Shown: piece by piece, positions 8,425 through 19,048 of the stretch | How the letters are laid out: every line of letters begins with the position of its first letter | Position numbering within the stretch: the first letter of the stretch is position 1 | DNA from: Mycobacterium leprae TN | Lineage (GTDB): Bacteria > Actinomycetota > Actinomycetes > Mycobacteriales > Mycobacteriaceae | Assembly: GCF_000195855.1 (NCBI RefSeq) | Contig: NC_002677.1 | Coordinates: 90,001 to 122,000, forward strand | Length of the DNA: 32,000 nt | Reading direction: 5' to 3' | Made by a program: the position numbers and the translations under genes | Notes under the pieces: generated by a model | The model's input: only the letters and a program-made list of their open reading frames with translations | Databases searched by the model: none | What the model was told of the DNA's origin: nothing

Positions 8425-9393
8425 GTGAGTGTGGCCCGCATCGCTTACCTTGGTCCTGAAGGAACCTTCACCGAGGCAGCGCTGCTCAGGATGACGGCCG
8501 CCGGACTGGTTCCCGATACCGGGCCGGACGGCTTACGGCGGTGGCCGACCGAGAGCACGCCCGCCGCGCTCGACGCTGTTCGTGGCGGTGCTGCGGATTA
8601 TGCGTGCGTGCCTATCGAGAACTCCATCGACGGGTCGGTGGCTCCCACGTTGGACAACTTAGCCATCGGTTCGCCCCTGCAAGTGTTCGCTGAGACAACG
8701 CTAGATGTGGAGTTCAACATCGTTGTCAAACCCGGCATCACCGCCGCCGACATACGCACGTTGGCGGCCTTCCCAGTGGCGGCGGCGCAGGTGCGGCAAT
8801 GGCTTGCTGCCCATCTGGCTGGCGCTGAACTGCGGCCGGCGTATTCCAACGCCGACGCGGCTCGGCAGGTTGCCTACGGACAGGTGGATGCAGCAGTTAC
8901 GTCGCCGCTGGCCGCCACCCGCTGGGGGTTGATAGCGCTCGCCGCCGGCATCGTCGACGAACCCAACGCCCGGACTCGTTTCGTTCTGGTTGGGATGCCG
9001 GGGCCGCCTCCGGCCCGCACCGGAACCGATCGTACTTCGGCGGTGCTTCGCATCGACAACGCGCCTGGCATGTTGGTGGCCGCGCTGGCTGAATTCGGCA
9101 TCCGCGGCATTGACCTCACCCGAATTGAATCCCGGCCGACCCGCACCGAACTTGGCACCTACTTGTTCTTCGTGGACTGCGTAGGACACATCGATGATGG
9201 TGTTGTCGCCGAGGCACTGAAGGCGTTACATCGTCGTTGTGCGGACGTGTGTTATCTCGGTTCCTGGCCGGCGGGCCTGGCTACTGGTCCAACGGTGTCA
9301 CCGCCGCCGCCGGACGAAGCTTCGCGCTGGTTGGCCAGGCTGCGGGCAGGCAAACCCGATCAGGCCTCTGAACCAGGGGGCGGCAAGCTATGA
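8425..9393 (+). CDS. pheA: Prephenate dehydratase (322 aa)
   Basis: VARIAYLGPEGTFTEAAL...DYACVPIENSIDGSV...TSPLAA...TRFVLVG...IDLTRIESRPTRTELGTYLFFVDCVGH, i.e. PDT domain plus ACT domain. GTG start at 8425 gives 322 aa. Confidence 0.96.
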   Translation: MSVARIAYLGPEGTFTEAALLRMTAAGLVPDTGPDGLRRWPTESTPAALDAVRGGAADYACVPIENSIDGSVAPTLDNLAIGSPLQVFAETTLDVEFNIVVKPGITAADIRTLAAFPVAAAQVRQWLAAHLAGAELRPAYSNADAARQVAYGQVDAAVTSPLAATRWGLIALAAGIVDEPNARTRFVLVGMPGPPPARTGTDRTSAVLRIDNAPGMLVAALAEFGIRGIDLTRIESRPTRTELGTYLFFVDCVGHIDDGVVAEALKALHRRCADVCYLGSWPAGLATGPTVSPPPPDEASRWLARLRAGKPDQASEPGGGKL

Positions 9394-10085
9394 GCAGTCG
9401 TTTGGTGCTGCTGCGGCATGGCCAGTCATACGGCAATGTCGAGGGCAGGTTAGACACTCGGCCACCGGGAGCGTCGCTGACGCCGTTCGGTCGTGATCAA
9501 GCCCGGGTGTTCGCCCAGGCAGCTGGGCGGCCGGTACTGCTCGTGCATTCGGTGGCCATCCGGGCTTTGGAGACGGCCGCAGTGCTCGGTGCCGAATTTG
9601 ATGTGCCAATCCGCGAGATTGCTGGCATTCACGAAGTCCAGGTCGGTGAGCTCGAAAACCGTAACGATGACGACGCGATTGCCGAATTTAATGCCATTTA
9701 CGACCGTTGGCATCATGGTGAGCTCGATGTGCCATTGCCTGGCGGCGAGACCGCCAACGACGTATTGGATCGCTATCTTCCGGTACTTGTCGACCTACGC
9801 ATGCGCTACCTCGACGACGGTGACTGGACCGGAGACGTTGTCGTCGTAAGCCATGGCGCAGCGATCCGGCTTGTCTCTGCGGTGCTAGCCGAGGTGGACG
9901 GCAGATTTGCGCTGGAAAACCGTGTGAATAATGCTGAGTCGGTGGTGCTGGTACCCGTCACCGACGGTCGATGGAGCTGCGTGAGGTGGGGAGCCTTGAC
10001 GCCTCCCTTCTACCCTCATCTGCACCGACCTGATTCCACCTTGGTTACCGACGTTGTGATGTCGGGCAGGGACTCACTGGGCTAA
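9390..10085 (+). CDS. Phosphoglycerate mutase-like phosphatase (histidine phosphatase family), Rv3837c-like (231 aa)
   Basis: LVLLRHGQSYGNVEGRLDTRPPGASLTPFGRDQA...VVVVSHGAAIRL. Has the RHG and SHG motifs. ATGA overlap with pheA. Confidence 0.92.
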   Translation: MSSRLVLLRHGQSYGNVEGRLDTRPPGASLTPFGRDQARVFAQAAGRPVLLVHSVAIRALETAAVLGAEFDVPIREIAGIHEVQVGELENRNDDDAIAEFNAIYDRWHHGELDVPLPGGETANDVLDRYLPVLVDLRMRYLDDGDWTGDVVVVSHGAAIRLVSAVLAEVDGRFALENRVNNAESVVLVPVTDGRWSCVRWGALTPPFYPHLHRPDSTLVTDVVMSGRDSLG

Positions 10086-10371
10086 TCGGATCTGCTCACA
10101 CCGCGAGTGCGACCAATTCAGCGCACCCACAGCCAGACCGCATAGCTGTCGACGACGAAGCTGTGTGGGGGAACCTCTCAGGGCTGACGCGGTCCGCCTC
10201 AGTGTATGCTGGTCTGGCTCAGCCACCCGCCGATTGAGTGACTCATGATGGTGCCCCGGCATTGTATTCAAGCTTACTTGGCAGTCGCGGCAGTCGTCGA
10301 TCATAAGCAGTTCATAGCACCAGGCTGAAACAACTAAGGGACGCCGCGCTCATGCGAAGGAGCGTGATCAG

Positions 10372-10640
10372 GCCCAGCCCAGTTGGTATAGTTGATCATC
10401 ATCGATGCCGAAGTGGTGTGCGATTTCGTGGGTCATTGTGATCGTTACCTGGTCGACGATTTCTTCGTCGGAGTCCCGCTCGGTCAATACCACTCCTTCT
10501 TACAGTCCGAGCAGGTCGGCGTCCTGCGGATGGTGATTTGGCAACTAGCACAGCAACGTTGGTCATCGCGACTATCAACTTGGTCGGAAACAGGTCCAAT
10601 GAATTCGGAGACCAGCTCGTCAAACCGCTGCGGGTCCATC
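10372..10640 (-). pseudogene. HEXXH zincin-like metallopeptidase pseudogene (Rv3836-like)
   Basis: Minus strand: ...LDLFPTKLIVAMTNVAVLVA / NHHPQDADLLGL*EGVVLTERDS[deletion]DEEIVDQVTITMTHEIAHHFGIDDDQLYQLGW. TAA at 10500-10502 interrupts the frame. The HEIAHHFGI zinc site is preserved. Confidence 0.85.
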
Positions 10641-10647
10641 CGCACAG

Positions 10648-12009
10648 TCACTCGGCTAACCCCCCGGGGCTGGCTCGGCCTGCCCAGGGATGGGGGCTGA
10701 TCGGACGCCCTCGGCGCTTCGACATCTGCCGGGTGTGGCGGGCTTTCGGCAGGTGCTTCGCAGGCGACACTGAGGCTGCGGGAGCCGTCGACGCAGGTGA
10801 CTGCGGAACCGTCACAATCGGCTGTTGCTTGCGGTGCTGCTGATTGCCAGGCGGGATCGGGTTTACTGGGACGTTAGACTGGCTGTTTGGCACCTGAAGG
10901 TGGTGAAGGGGTATCGGTGGCATGCCGAGTCTCTCTTCAGGGATGTCGGGCGGCGGTGTCGGCGGCTGATTGTTTATCAGCAGGGGACCCTTAGCGCTGT
11001 TCACCAGCGTGGCCCAGCCACCGTTACCCATCGTAGCGCCTATGCTACACGCGACTTTACGGCTGCCTGCTGCCCAACTGGACAGAGACAGGGTGGGGTA
11101 GATCAGCGTCAGGGTGGTGGTGCGCAGCTCGATCGCCGCCAGATAGATATCGGTTAGCCGGGTGCACGCATCCTTGATGAAGGTATCCTGTTCGGATGCA
11201 GCCGGAAGGGCATTCGGGAACTTATCGGCCAGATTGACCGTACCGGTGACCTCCATTGCGTGCGGCGCCACGCAGTCAACGGGGATATCGATCGGTTGGT
11301 TGGTCGTGAGGTCGATGCTTAAGCAGGTGCCGGCAGGCCAGACCTTGGATTGGTCGATATTGGCAACTTTGCCCTTGAAGGCGACTTGCTGGTTGTTCAC
11401 GCCGGGTAGCTGCAGGCCGCACAGCATGCGGCGCTCACCGCTCTGGCGCCATGCTCGGTCACCGGACCACAGCATGCTTATGGTGTATTTGCTGTTGGGA
11501 TCGAACTTGGTGCCGAGGTAGCGACGAACGGCTGTCTCGCACTGTTCCTCACTGATCTGTTGAATGCGAGCCGGCGACGGTGGAGCGGCGTTGGGCCCGT
11601 ACTCTGAACCAGGGAAAGTCCGCATGTCGATGGATTCGGCGACTTCAAACCGGTGATCGTCAGCGCAGTTGACGATCACCGCGGTGTGCGGTGTGCTATC
11701 CGGCCACATCAGGCAATCGCCGTTGGTGGCGCGGTTGAACGCGACGTTACTCTTGGCGCCGGTGCTGGGCACCGGATTGCTGTCGATATAGGTGGCTAGC
11801 AGTCCAGATCCGGTCCCAACGGTGGGAATCGCGGTGACCAGTCCACCGATTAGTAGGCCGCCAAGGGCTGTGAGTAGCAGCCCTCGTCGGGTCGCTCTGG
11901 CCTGCAAAGTACTCGGCCATTGGAACTCGACAGGTGGTTGTTCGTCCTCGCCGGTCAAGTCATCGGCGAGTGCGGGTTCCTCTTCGGGCGCGTCCAACAT
12001 CTCATCCAT
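10648..12009 (-). CDS. Rv3835-like membrane-anchored protein with extracellular septum-formation-like domain
   Basis: MDEMLDAPEEEPALADDL...LQARATRRGLLLTALGGLLIGGLVTAIP (TM anchor) ...DCLMWPDSTPHTAVIVNCADDHRFEVAESIDMRTFPG...PPDIPEERLGMPPIPL. Start could also be ATG at 12000. The 485-aa track ORF over-extends upstream. Confidence 0.88.
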   Translation of the reverse strand: MDEMLDAPEEEPALADDLTGEDEQPPVEFQWPSTLQARATRRGLLLTALGGLLIGGLVTAIPTVGTGSGLLATYIDSNPVPSTGAKSNVAFNRATNGDCLMWPDSTPHTAVIVNCADDHRFEVAESIDMRTFPGSEYGPNAAPPSPARIQQISEEQCETAVRRYLGTKFDPNSKYTISMLWSGDRAWRQSGERRMLCGLQLPGVNNQQVAFKGKVANIDQSKVWPAGTCLSIDLTTNQPIDIPVDCVAPHAMEVTGTVNLADKFPNALPAASEQDTFIKDACTRLTDIYLAAIELRTTTLTLIYPTLSLSSWAAGSRKVACSIGATMGNGGWATLVNSAKGPLLINNQPPTPPPDIPEERLGMPPIPLHHLQVPNSQSNVPVNPIPPGNQQHRKQQPIVTVPQSPASTAPAASVSPAKHLPKARHTRQMSKRRGRPISPHPWAGRASPGGLAE

Positions 12010-12121
12010 CCTGACAGGCTCAACAAAGTTCTTGTGACAAACGTTGCAGATGTGCCACCGTCGACCTGTTCGTGCGGGTGCTTCGGCACGTGTGCGTAGC
12101 GTCAAAAGTAGTCTTCAAGCC

Positions 12122-13375
12122 GTGATTGACCTGCAATTGCTCCGGGAAGACCCCGACGTGGTCCGCCGTTCCCAACTTAGCCGTGGCGAAGACCCGGCCT
12201 TGGTGGATGCCCTACTGACAGCCGACACTGCTCGTCGGGCCGCAATTTCGGCTGCAGACTCGCTGCGTGCTGAACAGAAGGCCACCAGCAAAAGCTTGGG
12301 CGCGGCATCTGCCGAGGACCGTCCGGCGTTATTGGAGCGCGCAAAGGACCTCGCCGAGCAGGTGAAAGCCGCTGAAACCACCCAGGCTGAGACTGCGGCG
12401 GCATTCGCTGCAGCGTACATGGCAATTTCCAACGTCGTTCTGGATGGAGTGCCGACCGGCGGAAAGGACGACTACGCGGTACTGGATATTGTTGGCGATC
12501 CACCGCCTTTGAGCAATCCAAAGGACCACCTGGAACTCGGCGAAGCACTGGGCTTGATCGACATGCAGCGTGGTGCCAAAGTGTCCGGCTCGCGGTTCTA
12601 CTTCCTCACCGGTCGGGGTGCGCTGTTACAACTAGGCCTGTTGCAGCTTGCGTTGCGGCTTGCTGTCGAGAACGACTTTATCCCAATGATCCCGCCCGTG
12701 CTGGTGCGCCCGGAGGTGATGTCTGGTACCGGATTTTTGGGCGCTCATGCCGAGGAGGTGTATAGGGTAGACGATCTGTATCTGGTGGGCACCTCTGAAG
12801 TGCCAATGGCCGGCTATCACTCCGACGAAATCCTCGATCTATCCGTTGGCCCGCTACGGTACGCGGGTTGGTCGTCGTGTTTCAGGCGCGAGGCCGGCAG
12901 CCACGGCAAGGACACTCGTGGCATCATCCGGGTGCACCAGTTCGACAAGGTGGAGGGGTTTGTCTACTGTGCACCCACCGACGCCGAGGTTGAACACCAA
13001 CGGCTGCTGGGTTGGCAGCGCGAGATGTTGGCGCGCATAGAGGTGCCATATCGGGTAATCGACGTGGCTGCGGGCGATCTCGGTTCGTCGGCGGCCCGCA
13101 AGTTCGATTGCGAGGCGTGGGTACCGACCCAGGGCAGCTACTGCGAGCTGACCTCGACGTCAAACTGCACCACCTTCCAGGCGCGCCGGCTAGCTACCCG
13201 CTACCGAGATGCCAGTGGCAAGCCACAGATCGTTGCCACACTAAACGGCACGCTGGGTACCACCCGGTGGCTGGTCGCGATCTTGGAAAACCACCAGCGG
13301 CCCGACGGCAGCGTGCGGGTGCCGCCGGCTTTGGTACCTTTCGTCGGCACAGAGTTGCTAGAGTCGCCCCGCTGA
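12122..13375 (+). CDS. serS: Seryl-tRNA synthetase (417 aa)
   Basis: [18 protein letters not shown]...[45 protein letters not shown]...[25 protein letters not shown]...[19 protein letters not shown]...[30 protein letters not shown]. Class II aaRS motifs present. GTG start at 12122. Confidence 0.97.
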
Positions 13376-15169
13376 AGGTGTGATGAACGAAGGGCTGCCT
13401 GTCTTCAAGAAACATGCGAGCGTTACGTGCGGTGAAATCCCACGGGGTGTTGTTGATGTCTCAGTGATTACTCAGCTTGTCGCCGGCACAAATCATTATA
13501 GTCATATATAGGCGCTCTCGCTTAATCACCATTCTTGGTAACGCCCTATCCGGGGTCGGTGAGAGTCGATGCGGAGAAGGTGACTGTCCGCTCCTCCTTC
13601 CGAGTGCGCCGCAGGAAACCTCAGTAGTTTCTGTGGTTGGCATTGTGTCCTGTTGCTTTGGTTACGCTGGCTCGACCTGACGGAGGTAGGGCCTGGATCC
13701 GACGTGCGCTGCGGCCGATTACTCGCCGTGTTCCTGCCTGGGTGGTAACCACCGTCGCGGGATCCAGACGTCAGTTTGTGGTGTGGTACTGCGCGATTCG
13801 CTCACTGTGTTTTCGTCTCCTTCATGTTGCTTCTCCAGTATCCGCTGCCTGGTCGTTACTATGGGCTCTGGTTGGAGGAGCTCAATGATTGTGGCGTCGT
13901 TGCACTTAAATCCATAAGCCAGTTCTTGCTTGAATTTTTTACACGAATTCACCTTCTGCGCTTAGCCGCCCCACCACCTCGACGAACATACCTCGGTTGC
14001 GGAAAGATTGGTTTATAATGAATTTAACCACCATCTCCACTGACCCGGCTGCCGTCCTTGGTGGGAAGTGCGGACGTATTCGGGTCTGACGTGGTTCCCC
14101 GCGAAGTACCAGGCAGTAGGAATTGGGTTGTAGATCCGAGGGAGCTGGGCCTAACCACTTCGGTGTACAGTTCGGTACCCGCGATGCACGTCAACACCGG
14201 CTGCGGTGGTGAGAAGGAACAACCAGTGTGAATAGCAGTAGGGCGTGCATCGGGGGTGGCTAAGGTACGACTGCGTAGACCTAATTGCGTTGGTCCGCGT
14301 AGACTCCAGAGAGCGATTAGGTATAGATTAACGCTAATAAGCCCGACGTCATGAGCGAGCGGAGCACCCGTACACCGAGGCCCCCATTTCATCGGGGGGT
14401 GAAACGCGGACCGCACGGTCTGATAGGCAAGTTCCGGTATCGCTATTACCAGGGCAGTCATCGCTTGCTGTAACCGGTTATGGGTTCTGTCGTCACCAAC
14501 GCTATGGGCACTTCAGTTGGCATGTTTTTCTGCGGATAGGTAGCGATACGCTGTTGCGTCACCAAATTCCAACCACAGAAGCCGGTATACCGCGATCGGT
14601 TGGTGTGCCTGTGTTTATGCCTTACCGTAAGGAAAGCAACAGGATTAAGGCGATAGTGCGGGTGACTTCAATGATCGACGCACCGAGCCGACCGGTCCCA
14701 GTGTGTATCAACACGTCGCTAGCGCGGGTGTAGTCGCGTATTGCTGCTGTAGCGGTCATTGTCTTACTGTCCATCGACAGCGAGGATTTGAGACGCACGA
14801 TATGTGACAAAATTTGAGACATCGCGACCAAGTAGTGGGGAAGTGATGTTTCATCGGAGGTCTCGTGTCATTGTGGCTTGTGGTCGTTGTCTTTCGATCT
14901 TGACACTCCGGCAAAAATATGGTTTATGCCGAAATGGCCGTAATCACGGGTATTGGGTGTCGGCGCCGGGAAGAATTGGTTGTGTTGGCCGGCCAGTATG
15001 TTGATCGCGTCGGGCTTGTGGGTTTTGCTGATGATCTGCAGCGTTTTGCCGACGAACGGCCGGAGAGTAGGGTTCGGATCGAACTGTGACCGGTAGATTT
15101 CCTCGGATCAGAACGAATCGGAACGATTGCTTTGCGCAGATATACAGGCCATAGCGAAGGTCCGGTACT

Positions 15170-15655
15170 ATCGGTGTGTCGGTATTCGCACGCCACGAAA
15201 ACGTTGACCTCCACTCAGGCCTAACCGTTACCGTCAAAAGTTTGGATCGCCACTATACGGTGAATATGCGAGCTACTTGGCTGTTGATCAAAGTGCTTGC
15301 TAAGCGTTGGCCGGCAACAGGTAGAAGCGTGGTGGCGCTCACCAGTGATCACACAATGAATAACCTACCCTACGGGGCTACGAAAGCCGTAATAGATCGA
15401 ATTGTGCTTGCTGCTGCCTACGCACTAGGGTGTTCAAGCCGTGCTCGCCAACGTGATCAATTCGGGCCCGGGCGACATTGGCTGGATGACACCCCGACCT
15501 CCAGACGCGATTAACCTCTATGCAACCGCCCGGATGTTTAGGAAACCCTAAAAGACTTCCAACTTGGTGTGCGCTTTCTGCTGTCCGACTACTGGCAGTA
15601 GGTTAACGGCCAGCTCATCCACTGCAACGGCAGTTTCTCCAAAGACCAACTCCAT
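15170..15655 (+). pseudogene. Short-chain dehydrogenase/reductase (SDR) remnant
   Basis: Plus strand: SVFARHENVDLHSGLTVTVKSLDRHYTVNMRATWLLIKVLAKRWPATGRSVVALTSDHTMNNLPYGATKAVIDRIVLAAAYALG / ...VRFLLSDYWQ*VNGQLIHCNGSFSKD. Shows SDR motifs (YxxxK-like YGATK, C-terminal LLSD...NGQLxxxxG), broken by frameshifts and a stop. Confidence 0.75.
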
Positions 15656-17039
15656 GTCTGCGTTAGTGCAACATGCAGAAAACTATGGTATCATTCCTGT
15701 TATCTCGCATTCAGCTGGGCTAAGTCTGGCCGCCCACGGTTGTAAGCGCCGTGGCGGATTGTGCATTCCGGCGCTGTCGTCCGATCGTGGCGAAGTAGTA
15801 GGCAAGCGGGAAAGAAAAGCTAGAAGCAAAAAACAGCCACGGACACCGCATCCCGCTCCGGTAGCTATAAACACTGGCAGCAGAATCATATTCGTAACGA
15901 AGTAGTCACAGTTGCCCGAAACAGCGGTTGGGTTGGTGATCTGCATCCGCAGGAAATGCGGATAGCTTTCCGGTCCCTGGACCAGGTTACCCTGCCCGGC
16001 CCCATCGTGCACACAGCGTGTATTGAAATATCATCTTAGTATGGTAGCCGCTATACCAACTATGAAGTGCCCGCACTTTGTGGAGAAAAAGACGGCTTTC
16101 CAGTAAGTTTGGTATAAAACTGTGGTTTTGACGTGGTTATCTAGCCGATAGCGGATAGGTTACGGACTGTGTGGACAAGAAGCGAGATCATGGGTAGTGT
16201 GGCCATGCCATGGTGGACTAGGGATCACATGCATTCCCGGTTACAATTCCGGTTGTGCAGAGCTGGAGGGCCTGTGCAGTTAACCGTGTTGACTCAGCAG
16301 TTCATCTTCCAGTGCGAGGAACTCGTCGGACCTAGTTCGTGGAGTAAACGCCGGGCTCAGCCGGAGCTTGGGCCCGTCCAAGGTAATCAAGATCGACCTG
16401 AATAGCAGGTATGAGTCAAGTTTTAGCTAGCGGTGGAAATCGAGGGTTCCCCAAATGCGTAACCACTGAAAGAATAGGATTAACGCTTCGGCTTTCATAC
16501 CAGCATCGCTTTCAGCGCAATTACCTTCGACGTGCCAGAAGGAAAGTGATAGCGGTGCAACGTGATTACCACGTGATCCAGCTGGACAAAGCCTTAGTCC
16601 TAAGATTCCTGCAGAATTGAAGTAATTTTCAGAAACTCCGCAACTGGTGGCACCGTGAGGTGAGAAAACGGCCGTCATCCAATCGCCATTGTTACCTATA
16701 CAGATTACAGGTCGGTATGTTTACCGTGCGGTCTGCCGCCGAACTTCAATAGATCGGTTTTGACATGGGGGAAGATCCGCTGAATCTCCTTGCAGTACAG
16801 AGTGATCGATGCGCAATCCTAATGTTGTCTAGGCTAACCAGCTATCGTCTTAAGCAATGTTCTCGTCCAGTCAGACATGTTGAAGAACGTGTACAGATAT
16901 TCGTTGTAGCCACCGGTCCGCCAAGCCTTAAGGCACGTGGACAAGAAGATGGTGTTGATCCAGTCCGGTTCGTGATTAAGCACTACTGGTAAGTAACAAC
17001 TCCGGCACTATCTACGAATCCGTAGAATAGTTTCATAAT

Positions 17040-17917
17040 TAGAAATCTGCTAGCGCTTGAGCATGTTTCGGAAAGTCCAAAACTACAGTTTCAAGCACGA
17101 TAATCAATTCGACAAGATATCCGGTTCTGTCGCTGATAACGTTGCTTTGCAACATGATCGGTTCGAACAACACGCGCCACCTCTCTAGCAGAAGATCACT
17201 TTCTGCGATCTCCCAATTTGCCTGCTTCGCATTAAGTACGGAAGCCATCTGTTCGGCATAGTCGGTGATGTAGGCGGACTGTTTGGTGTTGAAGATAGCC
17301 ACAATTTTCTCGACCTGGAGTAAATGGTTCAGTGAATTCAGTATCCTGCCATCGCACCAGAGGATCGACTCGATAAAATCAGCAAGTCACGTCAGCGCCC
17401 GTTCCTGTGTATCTGATCCAGGAACACCATGTTGAGGTAGCGCAGCAAATCGTGGTACGAAAATGACTGCGGCACTATACAGGTGGTCCTCATCTGAGTG
17501 ATGTATAGATGCGCACTGTCCATATGACGTTGGCGTTTCTGGGTAGCTAATATACCCTTGGCACCCGCAGGCATGTCGTAGAAATTAGATACCATGTCGC
17601 TCCGAAAGTATTGCAGTAGATGTATACAAACGTGGAAGAACTAAGATGTCAATGATTTCAAGTTGACAGGGCGAGCGTAGTTTATGTTGAAAACCTTTGC
17701 TGTGTAGTCAGAAACTGCTGCCGTCGAGTAGCTGATCGGGCTGACGTTGGGGTCCGCAGGCTATGCTCGTGACGTTGAGCTTGCCTTTGGTTTCGGTCAG
17801 GCGGTGCTTGACCGAGTTGGTGGCCTCGGAAAATCGGTGAAATCCTAAATTCTGCAGTTCATTCCGCAGATTGTTCACCACGATCTGGGATGTTGTGCTG
17901 CAAGGGTTAGTGTACAT
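17040..17917 (-). pseudogene. Unassigned decayed protein-coding region
   Basis: Minus-strand chain: IVVNNLRNELQNLGFHRFSEATNSVKHRLTETKGKLNVTSIACGPQRQP [fs] SYSTAAVSDYTAKVFNINYARPVNLKSLTS*FFHVCIHLLQYFRSDMVSNFYDMPAGAKGILATQKRQRHMDSAHLYITQMRTTCIVPQSFSYHDLLRYLNMVFLDQIHRNG [fs] LADFIESILWCDGRILNSLNHLLQVEKIVAIFNTKQSAYITDYAEQMASVLNAKQANWEIAESDLLLERWRVLFEPIMLQSNVISDRTGYLVELIIVLETVVLDFPKHAQALADF. Long near-open stretches with normal-looking composition. Confidence 0.5.
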
Positions 17918-19048
17918 AGCTCCGACGTAACCTTATTAACATGGTCGTGCAGGTGCTTGGCGTTGAAGTGATCCTTGTGTAAATGCCAGACGTACAAATA
18001 CATCGCAAGTCATCTTAGTGGTGTCCTAATCTAGAGCCCTAATTATTTTATTGTCGGGAAAGGGGACCAGGAGGCGAAGTAGGCCGGATTGAACTAATTA
18101 TCATACAGAATACTGCTCGCGTAGGTCTCGATCAAAAAATTGGCGCGGCTTGCGTCTGTGCTCTACACAACTACCTTCCGGTTGCCTTCTTTATGCCCGT
18201 TTCGCCGCTGCGATTGGCGGGTACGTGCCACCTTGAGCTTAGACCGAAGTGTCAAACTTCGGCCGCCGCAGAATGCCGGTAGTAATCAATGCGCGACGAG
18301 TCTGGCTCGATGCCGTAGGCAGCGGAAAGCTCTGCGTACCACACCCGACCGGGGTAATTTGTGCCCAACGACAGCGTCGCTACCGCTCGGTCGGACACAC
18401 CGAGACCGCCGAATCGATGTATCCTCAGCAACGGTCATCGTCGATTACGGTGTTGGCTGCGCAAGCATAGCCATAATAGACCACCAGCTGCTCCACCAGA
18501 TGTGGTTTGGCCAGACGTGTTTGTTGTGCCAGCGTTAGCGTGGCCAGCCGGACAGTTACTGACCAGTCAAACGGGCATGATCACACCGGCTAGCTGGTCG
18601 TGCAATCTACTCCAGCCTCGTGCCAAATCGCTCGTACCCCCACATCCGGGTCCGCGACCCAGCTTGGGTGTACCGCCGACCGGCTAGGCAGCGCGAGAGC
18701 ACACGAAACCATTCTCAATTGGCCGCCTGGAATCGTGTCTCTAGACCCACACCCAGCCACCCGCGGGTACCACAAATCATAAATGAAGTACGCCGTCCCG
18801 TCGCGACACCTTGGGCTTGAGCACAACCGTCTTGCCTTCACCATCTCGATAAACTTGTTGCCAGAACTTGTTCAAGTCTACCCGAAAGGTGACACGCTTA
18901 GCTCGTTGATCTAGGCTGCATGCATTGCTCTGTCGGCGACAAATTGGCTAATAACGGCAGGTAACTGTGGTGGAGGCATCGGGTAATGTATAGCATTACT
19001 CTCTTTGTTGACCGTTTCGACGAAGCGCCGTCAGGAGCACTAAGCTAA

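Noticed and set aside
8701-9189. 162-aa minus-strand ORF inside pheA
   Set aside because: Antisense to the fully conserved prephenate dehydratase frame.
12115-12548. 105- and 123-aa minus-strand ORFs in serS
   Set aside because: Antisense shadows of the seryl-tRNA synthetase N-terminal region.
14024-14461. 145-aa minus-strand ORF in the gene desert
   Set aside because: No recognisable motif and no evidence of neighbouring coherent frames; treated as chance or debris.
13376-19048. Possible dispersed M. leprae repeat (RLEP, REPLEP or LEPREP) or IS element
   Set aside because: I could not recognise any known repeat sequence, terminal inverted repeats or a transposase frame by eye. A BLASTn against these repeats would settle it.
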